From positions 1 to 64,000 of the forward strand of contig CAUYUJ010000174.1 in NCBI GenBank assembly GCA_963575745.1: a DNA stretch of 64,000 bases, in the 5' to 3' direction. Below, piece by piece: positions 1-12,704 of the stretch. The translations under genes and the position numbers were made by a program. Every line of letters starts with the position of its first letter. Position 1 is the stretch's first letter. Under the pieces are notes generated by a model. That model did not search any database and was not told the origin of the DNA. It worked only from the letters and a program-made list of their open reading frames with translations. Origin of the DNA: Prorocentrum cordatum (Eukaryota).

Positions 1-199
1 GCGCAAGGACGTACTAATACTAGATGTCCTTCGTGGACGCGCGCGTCCGACCTGAACATATAGAATACCCATATTGTAGTAGATCGTTTCCCGAACGGCG
101 TGGCCAGAAAGCGCCCGCCACGACGCATATACTATGAGATTGCTCGGTGCGCGCTTCGCCCCTGAGGCGGCGAAACACATATAATATAAGTATGTTAGG

Positions 200-2450
200 G
201 TGACGCCGGCTTGCCATCGCTGGGGCCGTGAACTGCGACGACATAGTCATTGCTGGCCCAGGCCACCATTGCCCGTGATGTTGGACGAACCGGTGAATTC
301 GTCATTCTGGTCGCCCTTGTCCTTGGCGAGACTGCTGCGCTGGAAGCTCGGCTGGAGCTTCTTGTGCCGCTCCTCGCTCAGCTCGGCGGCGTCGTGGTCG
401 TAGCTGAGCTGGCCATTCAGGATGTCCAAGATCAACTCTCCGCCGATGCTCCTTTCGGTCATGGGGTCGGCCCTCGTGCCGCGGGTGTCGCACCAAAGCG
501 TGTCCTCAATCTGCTGGGTGCGGAGTTCGATCTGGCAGCCGCCACAATTGGCCAGCCATGCTGTTCTCGGACGGTGGCCGAACAGGATCCATGGCCAGCG
601 TTGCAGGCACCGCGTAGCTTCCTTCTCTCCCGAGAGGAGGCGGGCCCACGGATCAATTCGTGGAGCGCGAGGAGGTGCGCCTGCAAGCCGTCCGCTGCTC
701 CACAGGTTGCGAGCAGCTCCGAGCCGAATGATCGTTTGCGCACGAGCTTGTGCGATCGGCCCGCGGCGTCGAGCAGCGCGGCGGCACTTGCCCAAGGGCA
801 TGTTTACGGCTCCTCTCAACCCGTTTCCTGTCTCTTCCTCCTCTCTCTCTCTCTCTCTCTCTTGAAGGATCTGTCTCTGCGCGCGCAGAATTGGCCAGCG
901 CATTCCATTGAGGGAAATCCGATGCGCGCGCTGATCTTTTGCATGGCCGAGACAACGCAGTTGAGCTGCATCGCGCGACGAATGAGCAGATTGTTCTTGG
1001 CCCTCTGCAGCGCGACGACGTACGCGGCGACGTGGTGCTGAGTGAGCAGAGCGTGGGATGCTGCTCCCAGGAGGGGGACGAACAGGTCTGGAAGCTAACC
1101 TTCTCCTGGCTCGTCGGCATTCGCATTGGCCAGGTCGACATGCCTGATCGGTATCGGCGGGTCGATGTACTCCTCCTGGTCGAACGCCACGGCGCCGTCG
1201 GCACTGGGGTCACCCTTCAACTTGCCGAAGACTCTTTGCGTCCAGCGATCTTCAGATCGTCGACGCGCTTGGACAGCATGAGCACAAACTTCGAGTCACC
1301 GGCGGCATAAACACCAGACGCCCCGTGCTTGACCTCAAGCTCTGGGCCCCGCCTGGCAGGCTTGGCGTCGCGCTCTGGCGAGCGCGTGACCCGGGCGGGC
1401 GCCCTGGCGACTCGTGCCCAGCTTGACGCGGCGCAGGCACTCGGTCCGCTCGTCGAAGGGCTTGTAGCCGGGCGGCAGGGTCTAAGTCACCTCGCGCGGT
1501 GCTCCACCTTGTTACTGCATCTCGGCACAGGTCATGCCCTGCAAGAAGGCCTTCTCGACGTCCACTGCGACATAGACCCAGTCCGGGCGACGCGCCGCAT
1601 CCGAAGACAGCGCGCGCTGTGACACAATCATCGGTGTCTCCGCGAACGTCTCAAGGGCTCCGGCGCCCATGTCTTGAAAGCCGCTGAGCGCCATGCATGC
1701 GGCAACGGATGATTTTCGCGGTTTTGCCGTCGGGTCCCTTCCCGTGCTTCTGCTTGAAGACGCGTCTGGAGTCAATGACGTCTCGGGCGCCCTTGAGTGG
1801 TCGCCGCTCGAAAAACTTGCATGTGACACAAGTGGTGACCTCCTCTAGGATGGCGGCCAGAACTTCCTGTGACAGCCTTGACACTTCCTCGTTGGTCAGG
1901 AGGTCGGCGTCGCGCTTGATGGCCGCGGTCTTGATGGCGGCATGCGCGTTAAGCGCGGCTGTCCGGGAATGTTCCAAGACCAGCCAATGATTCCCGACGA
2001 AGTGACAAGATGCCCTAACTGCCACCCCCGAGAGGGCCCGCTTGACGGCCACAGAGAACGGCGGTTACTCGCCCGAAGCATCTTCGCTAAAAGGCCGACG
2101 CAAATCCTCGCACATGGGATTCCCGGAACTGTCTCGCATCCTTCGACTGTGAAAATGTGTTGGTTGCCTTCGACTTCCGGGACAGTCAAAACTTGCACCG
2201 CCATGTCTTTGTGGTCAACGTCGAGTGTCGGGATCGACACGATTGCGTCAAAGACCCGACTACCACGGTGAACCTTCAGGTCGCACGCGCCCCTGGCTTC
2301 AAACTCTGAGAAAACGGACCCTGCCACGGCCACTGCGAGCCAACCGCTGTGAATTGCCAGGTATTTGAAGTTCTCGCTCACACGCATGCCATGGCATCCC
2401 TTCACCAGAAGCGCCACGACCAAGACAAACACGCCAGAGAGACGCCTGCC
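200..2450 (-). pseudogene. Decayed Ty1/copia-like pol (RT region) fragment
   Basis: Minus-strand pieces in different frames carry copia RT-like motifs: VIDSRRVFKQK (~1750-1790), VAVDVEKAFLQG (~1535-1575) and LMLSKRVDDLKIAG (YVDD-like, ~1240-1285). There are many frameshifts and stops, and no LTR was seen. Boundaries are approximate. Confidence 0.65.
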
Positions 2451-2549
2451 GCTTGGTCTCGCACCAGCGCCGCTTCGCTCTCCTGCTCGAGACGTGAAAT
2501 GCCTGTGCGTGCCGAGCTGGAAATCTGTTGCTGTGTACAAGCAAAGGCC

Positions 2550-2680
2550 GAGGGTTAGGTCGGGCATGTCCTCCTGCAGGGGGGGTTCGGACGAAAAATG
2601 AAACAGAGTCAAAACATACTCAAAAAATGCTACACACATCGTCCCCAGATGTGCCCGACTCAAGCCGAGGGAGGAGAGAG
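2550..2680. mobile_element. MITE-like family with GTCGGG...CCCGAC inverted ends
   Basis: Starts agggttaggtcgggcatgtcc and ends gtgcccgac. Related copies lie at ~3793-3955 and ~8066-8335, with partial matches at ~57320 and ~58050. Confidence 0.5.
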
Positions 2681-4506
2681 TGCCGGCGGGGAGGCCGAGG
2701 CACACGGTGCCGGAGCGGCGTGACAGACCCAGGCGCCGACATTGTTTTTTTTTTTTTTTTTTGCGGTTTTTTTTCCCTGGCCTCCTGGTGTTGGTCCTCG
2801 TTTATTGAATTCGCAGCGCCGCGCGTCTCCTTCTCTCCTCCTCCGCCTCCTCTCCTCCTCTCCTGCCTCCTCCCTCCTAATCCTCTCCTCCTCTCCTCCC
2901 TCCTCCTCTCCTCCTCTCCTCCTCCTCCTCCTCCTCCTCCTCCGCCTCCTACCTCCTCCCCCCTCTCCTCCTCCTCCTCCTCCTCCTCCTCCTCCGCCAC
3001 CTCCTCCCTCCTCCTCCTCTCCTTCTCCTCCTCCTCTCCTCCTTCCTCCTCCCTCTCCCTCCCCTCCCTCCTCCTCCTCCTCCTCCTTCCTCCTCCTCCT
3101 CCTCCCCTCCGCCTCCTCCTCCTCCCTCCTCCTCCTCCTCCTCCCTCCTCCTCCTCCCTCCACCTCCTCATCATCCTATTTCCTCTTCCTATCCCATCCC
3201 AAACCTCCCGTGTGTTGGGCCTTCTCTTTGAATCCGCAGCGCCGCGTCCCACCTCCTCACGTCCTCCCCCTCCTCCATTGGCAACGACCGCACGGTTACC
3301 CGCTCCATTTCGGCACACCCCTCACGCTCTCGTGGCCCCACAGGTGTCTCCGCCGAAGGCCCCAGCTGCAGCGTCCGCATGACTGCCCGCCGGATTTCAG
3401 CACACACCCCGCACACGCGCTTCTGAACCCCAAAGGTCCGCGTGTCCGTGTGCACTGAGCGTTCCTGCCAATACTCGTCACGCGTTTACAGTGGGAGGAG
3501 GAGGAGGAGGAGGAGGAGGAGGAGGAGGAGGAGGAGGAGGAGGAGGAGGAGCAGGAGGAGGAAGAGGAATACGGGCTCTTCGCCTGGACAATTGTTCAAC
3601 CCGCGGCTCCACAGATCCCGACCCCTCCCTCGGGTGCGGCTCCCCGTCCAGGGCCCGCATCTCGGGCGCCCAGATTGACGGCCCTGGGGATCCGAAAGCC
3701 CGAAGCGGCGCCGCAAATTCCGGACAACCGCCCGGACGGAAACAAAGATCAGACATCGTCTGGGGGGAGGCGGGCACAGCGAGGGCCAGGACCAGGGTTA
3801 GGTCGGGGATGTCCCCCTACATGCGGATTCTGACGAAAAATGAACATGGTCAAGAAGTACACCAGCATGGCCAACAAAAACAATCAAAACATGGCCCCCG
3901 TATCATCTTTTGACTACTCTGGAACAGTCCTCCTGTAGAGGGACAGGCCCGACTTACGACCAGGCGAGGGAATGCGGCAGACGTGCACACGGGACGAGAC
4001 CTCGCTGCAAGCACTCGGGGGGAGGCACACTGCCCGGCCGATGCTGCCCCAGAGCCCCAACGGGTGCCGGGTGCCCGGGGTCGCCGGGGAACAAGAAACC
4101 CCCGTGGGGCACCTGCTTGCGAGCGACGCCAGCGCCACCGTCACACTCGCTCCCCCCATATGTTCCTCCGCTCTCCTCCGCCTCGAGTTCCTCCTGCTTC
4201 CCCCTCCCTGCCTGGCTCCCTTCCTCCCTCCCCGCCCTCTTCCCCATCCCCCCCCCCCTCACTCTCAGTACAGGGCGTGCGACAGTGCCGAGGGCCCGAT
4301 GCCACACCCGGCGTGCCCACTGCAGGGAGACGGGAGCCAGGGGCGCGGAGGGCTGGCCCCTCGGGCACCGCGCCCTTGGTCCCCTCCTCTCCCTCTCGGG
4401 CCTCTCAAACAGCCCGCTCCTGTCCCCCCCCCCCTCCTTCTCCTCTTCTCCTCTTCTCCTCTTCTCCTCCTCCTCCTCCTCCTCCTCCTCCTCTTCCTCT
4501 TCCTCG

Positions 4507-4601
<95 letters not shown>

Positions 4602-5249
4602 CGCTACCCCGCCCTCCTCTTGGCGGCGCGCCCCCAGGGGATGTGAGAGGGGTCGGGCCCCCTCAGGGAGGCCCAGACGGCAGCCAGCCTTCTGAGAAGC
4701 CGCCCGAGCAAGAGATCCGACGCTCCGACATCCTCTTCCTCCTCCTCCTCCTCAAAATTGCAGCGGCGGGTTTCTGGCCGTTTTCGGCCTCCAGGGGTCC
4801 TCGCCGGGCCTCGGGACGGTCAACAAAACGACTCGGGACGAACAACTGGCCCTGTTGAAGTGGTCCAGACCTCCGGGGCCCACGGATCCAAAGAATCTGA
4901 GAGGCCGGATGTCTGGAGAGCCTCTTCCGAAGACGCAGGCGGCTTCTCAGAAGGCGCAAGGGCATCTGCAGGACATGTTGGGCACCGCGAGGCTTATCCC
5001 GTTCCTGGGCCTGTCTGATCCTCCCTCCTCCGGACCTCCCCTTGGTCAAGTACGCATTATGCGAGTGTCACCCGCCGCTCTCCCCCGATGCTGCCCAGTG
5101 CTGCCGCCACCTCTCCCGCGTGCTGTTGCACACACAAGACTTCATGGTCTGGACGTTCCCGTCTTTTCTGGTCGGAACGTTGCCGGTCCTTCACACATTG
5201 GGTTCCCTGTGCAGCGTCGTTGGCCACATTTCAGGATCAGGTCGGTGCT

Positions 5250-5860
5250 GTGCCTTAGCGCCGCGCGCACTCCTATTGAACATGTGCAACCTTTTCACGG
5301 ATGGAGGAAGGCCGTTTTCAAAATGTGACTTTCCCCCTAGCGCCGTGCACATTCGTCGGAAAAGTTCGAGACAGTTTCACGGATGGAGGGCGGGCCGTTT
5401 GCAACATGTGACGCTCGCCTTACCGAGGCGCACCTTCGTCTTAAAAGCTTGCTATTACTTTACGGATGGAGGACGCTTATTTTACAACATGTGGCTCCCG
5501 CCTTAGCGCCGCACCCATTCGTCGTGAAAGTTTGCAGCAGTTTCGAATATTCGCATGGTCGAAGTCCTGGGAATTGTGTTCTGGCAAGATCTAGGGTTGT
5601 CAGAACGCAACAGTCATGTTGATTCGCAGTGTTGACGTCCCAAGAATGGTTTTCTGGCAGGGACGCAACAATCACGTTGACTCGTCACGCTGAAATTACA
5701 GGAATGCTGTTTTGGCACGAGTGAAGCTTCTCAGACGCTTGATTTTCAATGGGGCATCTCCCGCTATGACAATAAATCCGTGTAGGGCCCTGTAAAGAGG
5801 GAAATTGGAGGGAGGGTTTATTGTAATTAACATTGCTGATGCGTCTTAGGTTTGCTCTGG
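5250..5860 (+). repeat. Non-autonomous element with a ~82-83 bp internal satellite and a conserved end abutting (CCT)n
   Basis: Unit is approximately ttcacggatggagggcgggccgttttcaaaatgtggctctcgccttagcgccgcgcacattcgt. The end is ggaaacttggaggaagggtg...ctggt(cct)n. Other copies: ~9591-10625 (-), ~11350-11605 (-), ~28950-30370 (+), ~31400-32140 (+), ~40030-40320 (-), ~49490-49920 (-). Confidence 0.7.
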
Positions 5861-6171
5861 TCCTCCTCCTCCTCCTCCTCCTCCTCATCCTCCTCCTCGT
5901 CGTCCGCATCTGCCTCCTGCTCGTCCGCCTCTTCCTCCTCCTCCTCCTCCTCCTCCTCCGCCTCCTCCTCCTCCTCCTCCTCCTCCTCGTCGTCCGCATC
6001 TGCCTCCAGCTCGTCCGCCTCTTCCTCGCTGCGAAGGAGGAGGGCGGAGGAAGGATCAGGGCGGAGGAGAGAGAAGGACTATGAGGAGGGGGACGGAAGG
6101 CTGAAGCAGGAGGGCGGAGGAAGGAGGAAGGAGGAGAACGGCGGAGAAAGGAGCGGGAAATAGAAGGAGAA

Positions 6172-6335
6172 CAAAACGCCATAAACATGAACTTCTGGCG
6201 CTCCGCGCGGATCTCTTGGATCTGCGGAGCGCGCCAGGGGCGGCGCCGGGGGCGCCGCCAGGGGGGGGGGGGGGCCCACGCGCGGATCCGAGAAATCCGC
6301 GCGGAGCGCCAAAAGTTCACGTGCATGGCGTTGTT
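6172..6335. mobile_element. MITE-like palindrome with ~50-bp inverted arms
   Basis: cgccataaacatgaacttctggcgctccgcgcggatctcttggatc is the near reverse complement of gatccgagaaatccgcgcggagcgccaaaagttcacgtgcatggcg. Confidence 0.75.
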
Positions 6336-6359
6336 TCTCTCCTCGAGGAACAGGGTGGA

Positions 6360-6570
6360 TCGGGCGTTGGCAGAGCTGGGTTTGATGGAACCTGGTTTGG
6401 TGATTTGTACCGGGGGCGCCCCCCCGTCCCATTTCCACTAACCGGAACTGCCGTCACCCGAGAAAAACACCAGTTACGGCAAACCTGGTGTAGTGAATCT
6501 GGCCAACTGGGGGGCCCCAGGGCCCTACCACTAACCTGGTCCCCTCACCTGGGGTCCTGGCTATACCCGA
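6360..6570. repeat. ~210-bp dispersed repeat, second copy at ~7325-7539
   Basis: Both copies start tcgggcg(t/c)tggcagagctg, share ccactaaccggaactgcc and end cctggggtcctggctatacccga, giving TCGGG/CCCGA termini. Confidence 0.75.
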
Positions 6571-6800
6571 GTGGGGCAGGAGGTGCTCCGACGAGCATGC
6601 GGCAGCAGATGCCGGCGCACGCTTTCCCGCAGCTCTGCGCCGGCCGCAGCCCTGCGCCGGAGGGGCGCGGGAGGCCGGGGGCGCGTGCGCGGCGGAGGGC
6701 GGGGGAGCGCGGGAGGGCGCGCCGAGGGCCCGGCGCAGAGGGAAGGAGACACGGCGAGAGGAGGGCGTCGGATAGCCCTGTCCTGAGGGCAGAAGAGCCA

Positions 6801-7058
6801 CCCTGACTCCAGATCCGCCCTACTTTGGCTTTTTTCCCACTTAAGACTGCGTCGGAAACCCACCTATGAGAAGCCGAAAAAGTAGGGCGGTAATTTCTGC
6901 ACCCAGCATAAGATAGGGCGGAAATCCACAGAAGTAGGGCGGAAACAGCAACAGAAAAGTAGGGCGGAAATTGGCATCAGCGGGGCTTGAAAAGTAAGGC
7001 GGGAATTCCAAGCCCTACTTACGAATTTCCCCAAAGTAGGGCGGATCCAGAGTCAGGG
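6801..7058. mobile_element. MITE with 28-bp TIRs and subterminal AGTAGGGCGG repeats
   Basis: Left end is ccctgactccagatccgccctactttgg. The right end, reverse-complemented, is ccctgactctggatccgccctactttgg. The agtagggcgg motif recurs inside. A CA dinucleotide on each side may be a 2-bp TSD. Confidence 0.8.
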
Positions 7059-7622
7059 CACCCCGAGAATCACCACCCCGGCACGCGAGGCCGTTTAGTA
7101 AGCGCACCCAGAGGAGGAATCAAACAGGGCAGGGCTTTTTCGTCAACGCCCAGGGCCGTGTAGTAGACGTAAATTGTCGGGTCTGGGTGGTTTCTCCTCG
7201 CTTGAATGTCGGCTACAAGCAGGGGCGGCCCTGGGCAAGGGTGGCCTTGGAGGTGCGCGGAGTTCGGGGGGCGCGGGAGGGCCCAACCCGGGAAGCTGCT
7301 GCTATTGCACCGCGCTCAGCCTGTCGGGCGCTGGCAGAGCTGTGTTCAGTGGGACCTGGTTTAATGATGAATCCTGGGGGACGCCCCCCCCCCGCCCCGC
7401 TCCACTAACCGGAACTGCCAACACCCGAAAAAAAAACACCAGCTACGGCACACCTGGTTTAGTGATTCTGGCCAATTTACCGGCTCTGGGGCCCTACCAC
7501 TGACCGGGTCCCCTTACCTGGGGTCCTGGCTATACCCGATCAGCCATCTGAGATCGCATGTATGCCCGCACCCAGAGGCCACTCAGGCGAAAGGTCATTC
7601 TTACGTGTAGCCGACCATTGGA

Positions 7623-7795
7623 TACAGCCCAGATCCATGATAAGGATGCAAGGTAGGGATGCAAGATCCTTGGGCCCCATTTGCCATTTCTAGAACACCT
7701 TGGAAGTCAACATTGGCTCAGGATGGGCCGAAGAAGCAAGGATGCAAGGGTAGCCTTGATGAGGCAGCGCATCCTTACTGTGGATTTTGACTGTA
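7623..7795. mobile_element. TA-flanked MITE (TACAG...CTGTA), Tc1/mariner-like
   Basis: Inverted ends tacagcccagatccatgataaggatgc and gcatccttactgtggattttgactgta. A related copy is at ~49049-49224. Another TACAGTC...GACTGTA element is at ~41100-41280. Confidence 0.6.
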
Positions 7796-8514
7796 AGGAG
7801 TCCAGGGGCTGGAAGCTGGTGGAACCTCAATCGTGGACTGGCGCGTGGAACAAAAACCGGACGGAGACCTTCCGTCGCTGTCGGCGCCTCAGTAAACGAT
7901 CCAAGACGAGAAAACCCAGACATCCGACGTCTCGATTTTTTCGAGACGCGGGCCCCCGACCTCCCGACCACTTCCCTGGGGGGGTAGGGGTAGGGTTCGC
8001 ATGTTGCCCCCTAATTCGGGCGAGGGAGCCCCTTGTTGGAACCTCCTGGCGAAACGCACGCTGCTAGGGTTAGGTCGGGCCCGTGCCCCTACGGGGGGAC
8101 TTTCGACGAGAACGAAAACATGGTCAAAAAATGCCCTCCAGATGCTCAAAAATAGTCAAAACATCGTCCCCTGACCATGTTCTCCCAGACCCCCGACGTA
8201 ATGAATTGTTCATTACGTCGACCCCAGAGTTCTCGACCCCTTGCGAAAAACCTCCCGTCATGATTTTTTCATTACTCGAGGGGGTCTGGGCTGACTGTTC
8301 TTGAATATTCCCCCTGTAGCGGGACAGGCCCGACGTAATGCCAGGGAACAGTGTGGCCGTCCCTTGGGGGCGCCTCTCTTGCCTCCGCCGCCCTCCGCCT
8401 TGGCCCTCGCGACGTCGAGGGAGGAGGAGGAGGAGGAGGAGGAGGAGGAGGAGGAGGAGGAGGAGGAGGAGGAGGAGGAGGAGGAGGGGGAGGAGGAGGG
8501 GGAGGGGGAGGGGG

Positions 8515-9267
8515 ACAAGCTAGGTGCGCTCGCGTCATATCTGACGTCCTACCCCTCCCTCCCATCCCTTACCATGGCGCTGATTTTCTCTATCCGCGGA
8601 CGCGTGTCGTAGCGGACCTGTGGCTCCGCGCGCGCGTGCGTAACTAGTGGGTGGTGGTGCGCGTGCGTGCGTGCGTGCGTGTGTGCGTGGTTGTGGTGGT
8701 GGTGCTGGTGCTGGTGCTGGTGCTGGTGCTGGTGCTGGTGCTGGTGCTGGTGCTGGTGCTGGTGCTGGTGCTGGTGGTGGTGTGGTGCTGGTGGTGGTGG
8801 TGGTGCTGGTGCTGGTGCTGGTGCTGTGGTGGTGGTGGTGCTGGTGGTGTTGGTGTGGTGCTGGTGTGGTGGTGGTTGTGGTGGTGGTGGTGGTGGTGGT
8901 GTTGGTGTTGGTGGTGGTGGTGGTGCTGGTGGTGGTGGTGGTGGTGGCGGTGCGGCGCGGTGGTGGCGGGCGGATAGGGCGCGCGAGAAAGAGGCCCGCG
9001 CTGGGGCGAGAACGCCATCCTGAACGACGGAGGCCAAACACCGATCCGAAAATGAGGCCCACGCTGCAGCGGGAGCACGATTCGGAACGATTCGGGAGCA
9101 GAAATGAGGCCGGCGCCTCAGCGAGAGCAGCATTTTAGAAAAAAACACAAGCGAAAACCCAACTCCGGGGAATCCTGTGTGTAAAAAAACAGTACGCGGG
9201 GGGTGCCGAACATCTTCCGGACGCCATCAGGGGAAGTGGGAGAGTAGATTCATATTGTGTAATTGTG
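8515..9267. mobile_element. Non-autonomous element with conserved ends and internal tandem repeats (Helitron/Helentron-like), copy 1
   Basis: Ends are acaagctaggtgcgctcgcgtcatatctgacgtc and ttcatattgtgtaattgtg, with a CGTCA-tatc-TGACG hairpin ~10 nt from CTAG. A near-identical copy is at 12088-12704, and a copy with a different interior is at 61951-62843. Confidence 0.65.
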
Positions 9268-10626
9268 GAGGAGGAGGAGGAGGAGGAGGAGGAGCGGAGA
9301 GGAGGGGGAGGGGGAGGAGGAGGGGGATGAGGAGGAGGAGGAGGAGGAGGAGGGGGAGGAGGAGGAGGAGGAGGAGGAGGAGGAGGAGGAGGAGGAGGAG
9401 GAGGAGGAGGAGGAAGATGAGGAGGACGGAGGAGGAGGAGGAGGAGGAGGAAGGAGGAGGGAGGAGGAGGAGGAGGAGGAGGAGGAGGAGGAGGAGGAGG
9501 AGGAGGAGGAGGAGGAGGAGGGGGAGGAGGAGGAGGAGGGGGAGAAGGAGGAGGAGGAGGAGGAGGAGGAGGAAGAGGAGGAGGAGGGGGGACCAGCGTG
9601 TAGACCCAAGGCGCGTGGACGATGCTGCGAAACACCCTCCCTCCAAGTTCCCTCTCCAAAGGTCCCGGCGAGAATAGATCTTCACTGCTGGAGATGCCCC
9701 GTTGGAAGACAGCCGTCTGATAAGCCTCACGCGTGCCAGAGCGCCACTCCTTGGACGACCACGCCGCGAATCAACCTTACTGTCGCGTCCTGACGGCCCT
9801 GGAGCGTGCTGGAACGCCGTTCCTGGGACTTCAACACACAGCGCATGAGAGTAACTGCCGTGCCGTGACAATCCGACATCGTGCCGGCACATCATTCCTG
9901 GGACGTCAACCACAAGAATCTGTTAAAAATGGTTGTAAACGCTTCAAAAGCAAATGTGCGCGGCGCTGGGGCAAGAGCCACATTATATAGAAAAGACCCG
10001 CCGTCCAGCCGCGAAGCCCTCGAACACTTTGCAACGAATGCGCGCGGCGATACGGCGAGAACCACGGTTTGACAACGACCGACCCGCCCTCCATCCGTGA
10101 ATCGACTGCAAACTCTTCAGACGAATGTGCGCGGCGCCAAGGCGAGAAAACGGCCCGCCCTCCACGCGTAAAGCTCTTGCGAACTTGTCTGCCCAATGTG
10201 CAGGGCGCTGGGGCCAAAGCCACACGCTGAAAAGGGCCCGCCCTCCATCCGTGAAGCTCGTGCCCACGAGTGCGCGGGGCGTTGCGGCGAGAGCCGCACT
10301 CTGAAGACGGCCCGCCCTCCATCCGCGAAGCTCCGTCAGCTCTTAAGACGGATGCGGGCGGCGCTGGGGCGAGAACCACACCTTGAGAGGGAGCCGCCCC
10401 CCTCCGTAGAAGCTCTCACAAGCCCTGACAACGAATGTGCTCGGCGCGGCGCCACACTTTGAGAGGGAGCCGCCCCCCCTCCGTAGAAGCTCTCACAAGC
10501 CCTGGCAACGAATGTGCTCGGCGCGGAGGCGAGGGCCCCACATATGTTCGAAGCGGCCCGCCGTCCATCCGTGAAGCTCTCGCAAGCGTTCGCGACGAAT
10601 GCGCGCGGCGCTGGGGCAAGAACCAC

Positions 10627-10700
10627 ATTATTATTATTACTATTATTATTACTACTATTATTATTACTATTATTATTACTATTATTAGTAGTAGTAGTGA

Positions 10701-10772
<72 letters not shown>

Positions 10773-10911
10773 TAGTAATAGTGGTAGTCGTAGCAGTCGT
10801 AGTCGTAGTAGTAGTAGTGGTGGAAATAATAGTAACCGTACTAGTCGTAGTATTAGTAGTGGTAGTAGTGATTGTCGTGGTATGGTAGTAGTAGTAGTAG
10901 TAGTAGTCGTA

Positions 10912-10946
<35 letters not shown>

Positions 10947-10947
10947 G

Positions 10948-11009
<62 letters not shown>

Positions 11010-11014
11010 GGTAC

Positions 11015-11066
<52 letters not shown>

Positions 11067-11194
11067 CGTAGTTAAGGTAGTAGGAGTAGGAGTAGGAGTA
11101 GGAGTAGGAGTAGGAGTAGGAGTAGGAGTAGGAGTAGGAGTAGGAGTAGGAGTAGGAGTAGTAGTAGTAGTAGTAGTAGCAGCAGCAGCAGCAG

Positions 11195-11285
<91 letters not shown>

Positions 11286-11340
11286 CTTATTATCATTATT
11301 AGTAGTATTATTCTTCTTCCTATTATTATTAATACCATTA
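10627..11340. repeat. (TAT)n/(TAG)n/(TAGGAG)n microsatellite block
   Basis: Direct reading. Similar AT-rich simple-repeat blocks lie at ~44460-45420 and ~47210-48040. Confidence 0.95.
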
Positions 11341-12087
11341 TTTATGTATGAAAAACGCACTCTCCATCCGCGAAACTCGTGCGAACTTTTGGAATGAATG
11401 CGCGCGGCGCTACGGCGAGAACCACACTCCGACAGCGGCCCGCCCCCCGTGAGACTCCCGCAAACTCTCACCACGAGTGCGCGCGGCGTTGCGGCGAAAC
11501 CTACATCTTGGAGACCTCGGCGAGTCCAGTCAAAGCGGCGCTGGGCGACCCGCCCTCCATCCGTGAACTTCCTGCGCGCGGCGCCGAGGCGAAGGCCACA
11601 TTTCAGAGGAGGAGGAGGAGGAGGACGAGGAGGAGGAAGACGAGGAGGAGGAGGAGGACGAGGACGAGAACAAGGAGGCCCGCCCTCCACGAGAACGAGG
11701 ACGAAGAGGAGGACGAGGCACCACGTTTCGAAGAGGGGCCCGGCCCTCCCTCCGGGGAATGGGGAAGCAAGCTCTGGCGACGCGCCCGGCCCGCCCGACC
11801 AGCACGTCTCTGGGTGCGACAGGGATGAGTTAGCTGTGCGGGAAATGAGCGGGAGGAGGAGGAGGAGGACGAGGAGGAGAAGGAGGAGGACGAGGACGAG
11901 GAGGAGGAGGAGGACGACGATGAAGAGGAAGATCAAGACATTCTGTTCAATACGAGCTTCTCTTGAACATGAGCTGCAGAAGGAGGAGGAGGAGGAGGAG
12001 GCGGATGAGGAGGGGGGAGGAGGAGGAACAGGGCGGAGGTGGAGGGGAGGGAGGGGGAGAGGAGGGGGAGGTACAGAGGGGGTGGGG

Positions 12088-12704
12088 ACAAGCTAGGTGC
12101 GCTCGCGTCATATCTGACGTCCTACCCCTCCCTCCCATCCCTTACCATGGCGCTGATTTTCTCTATCCGCGGACGCGTGTCGTAGCGGACCTGTGGCTCC
12201 GCGCGCGCGTGCGTAGTGGGTGGTGGTGCGCGTGCGTGCGTGCGTGCGTGTGTGCGTGGTTGTGGTGGTGTGGTGGTGGTGGTGCTGGTTGGTGGGTGGT
12301 GTGGTGGTGAGGTGGTGGTTGGTGGCTGGTGGTGGTTGGTGGGGTGGGGGTGGTGGTGGTGGTGGTGGTGGTGGGGGTGGGCGGCGGTGGTGGCGGGCGG
12401 ATGGGCGCGCGAGAAAGAGGCCCGCGCTGGGCGAGAACGCCATCCTGAACGACGGAGGCAAACACCGATCCGAAAATGAGGCCCACGCTGCAGCGGGAGC
12501 ACGATTCGGAACGATCGGGAACAGAAATGAGGCCGGCGCCTCAGCGAGAGCAGCATTTTGAAAAAAAAAAAAAAAAAAAAAACGCAAGCGAAAACCCGTT
12601 TCCCGGGAATCCTGTGTGAAAAAACAATACGCGGGGGGGGGGTCGGCGATCTTCGGGACGCCATCAGGGGAAGTGGGAGAGTATTTTCATATTGTGTAAT
12701 TGTG
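12088..12704. mobile_element. Copy 2 of the 8515-9267 element
   Basis: Same termini and the same unique interior (gagaacgccatcctgaacgacggagg...cagcgagagcagcatttt). The GGT tract is shorter. Confidence 0.7.
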
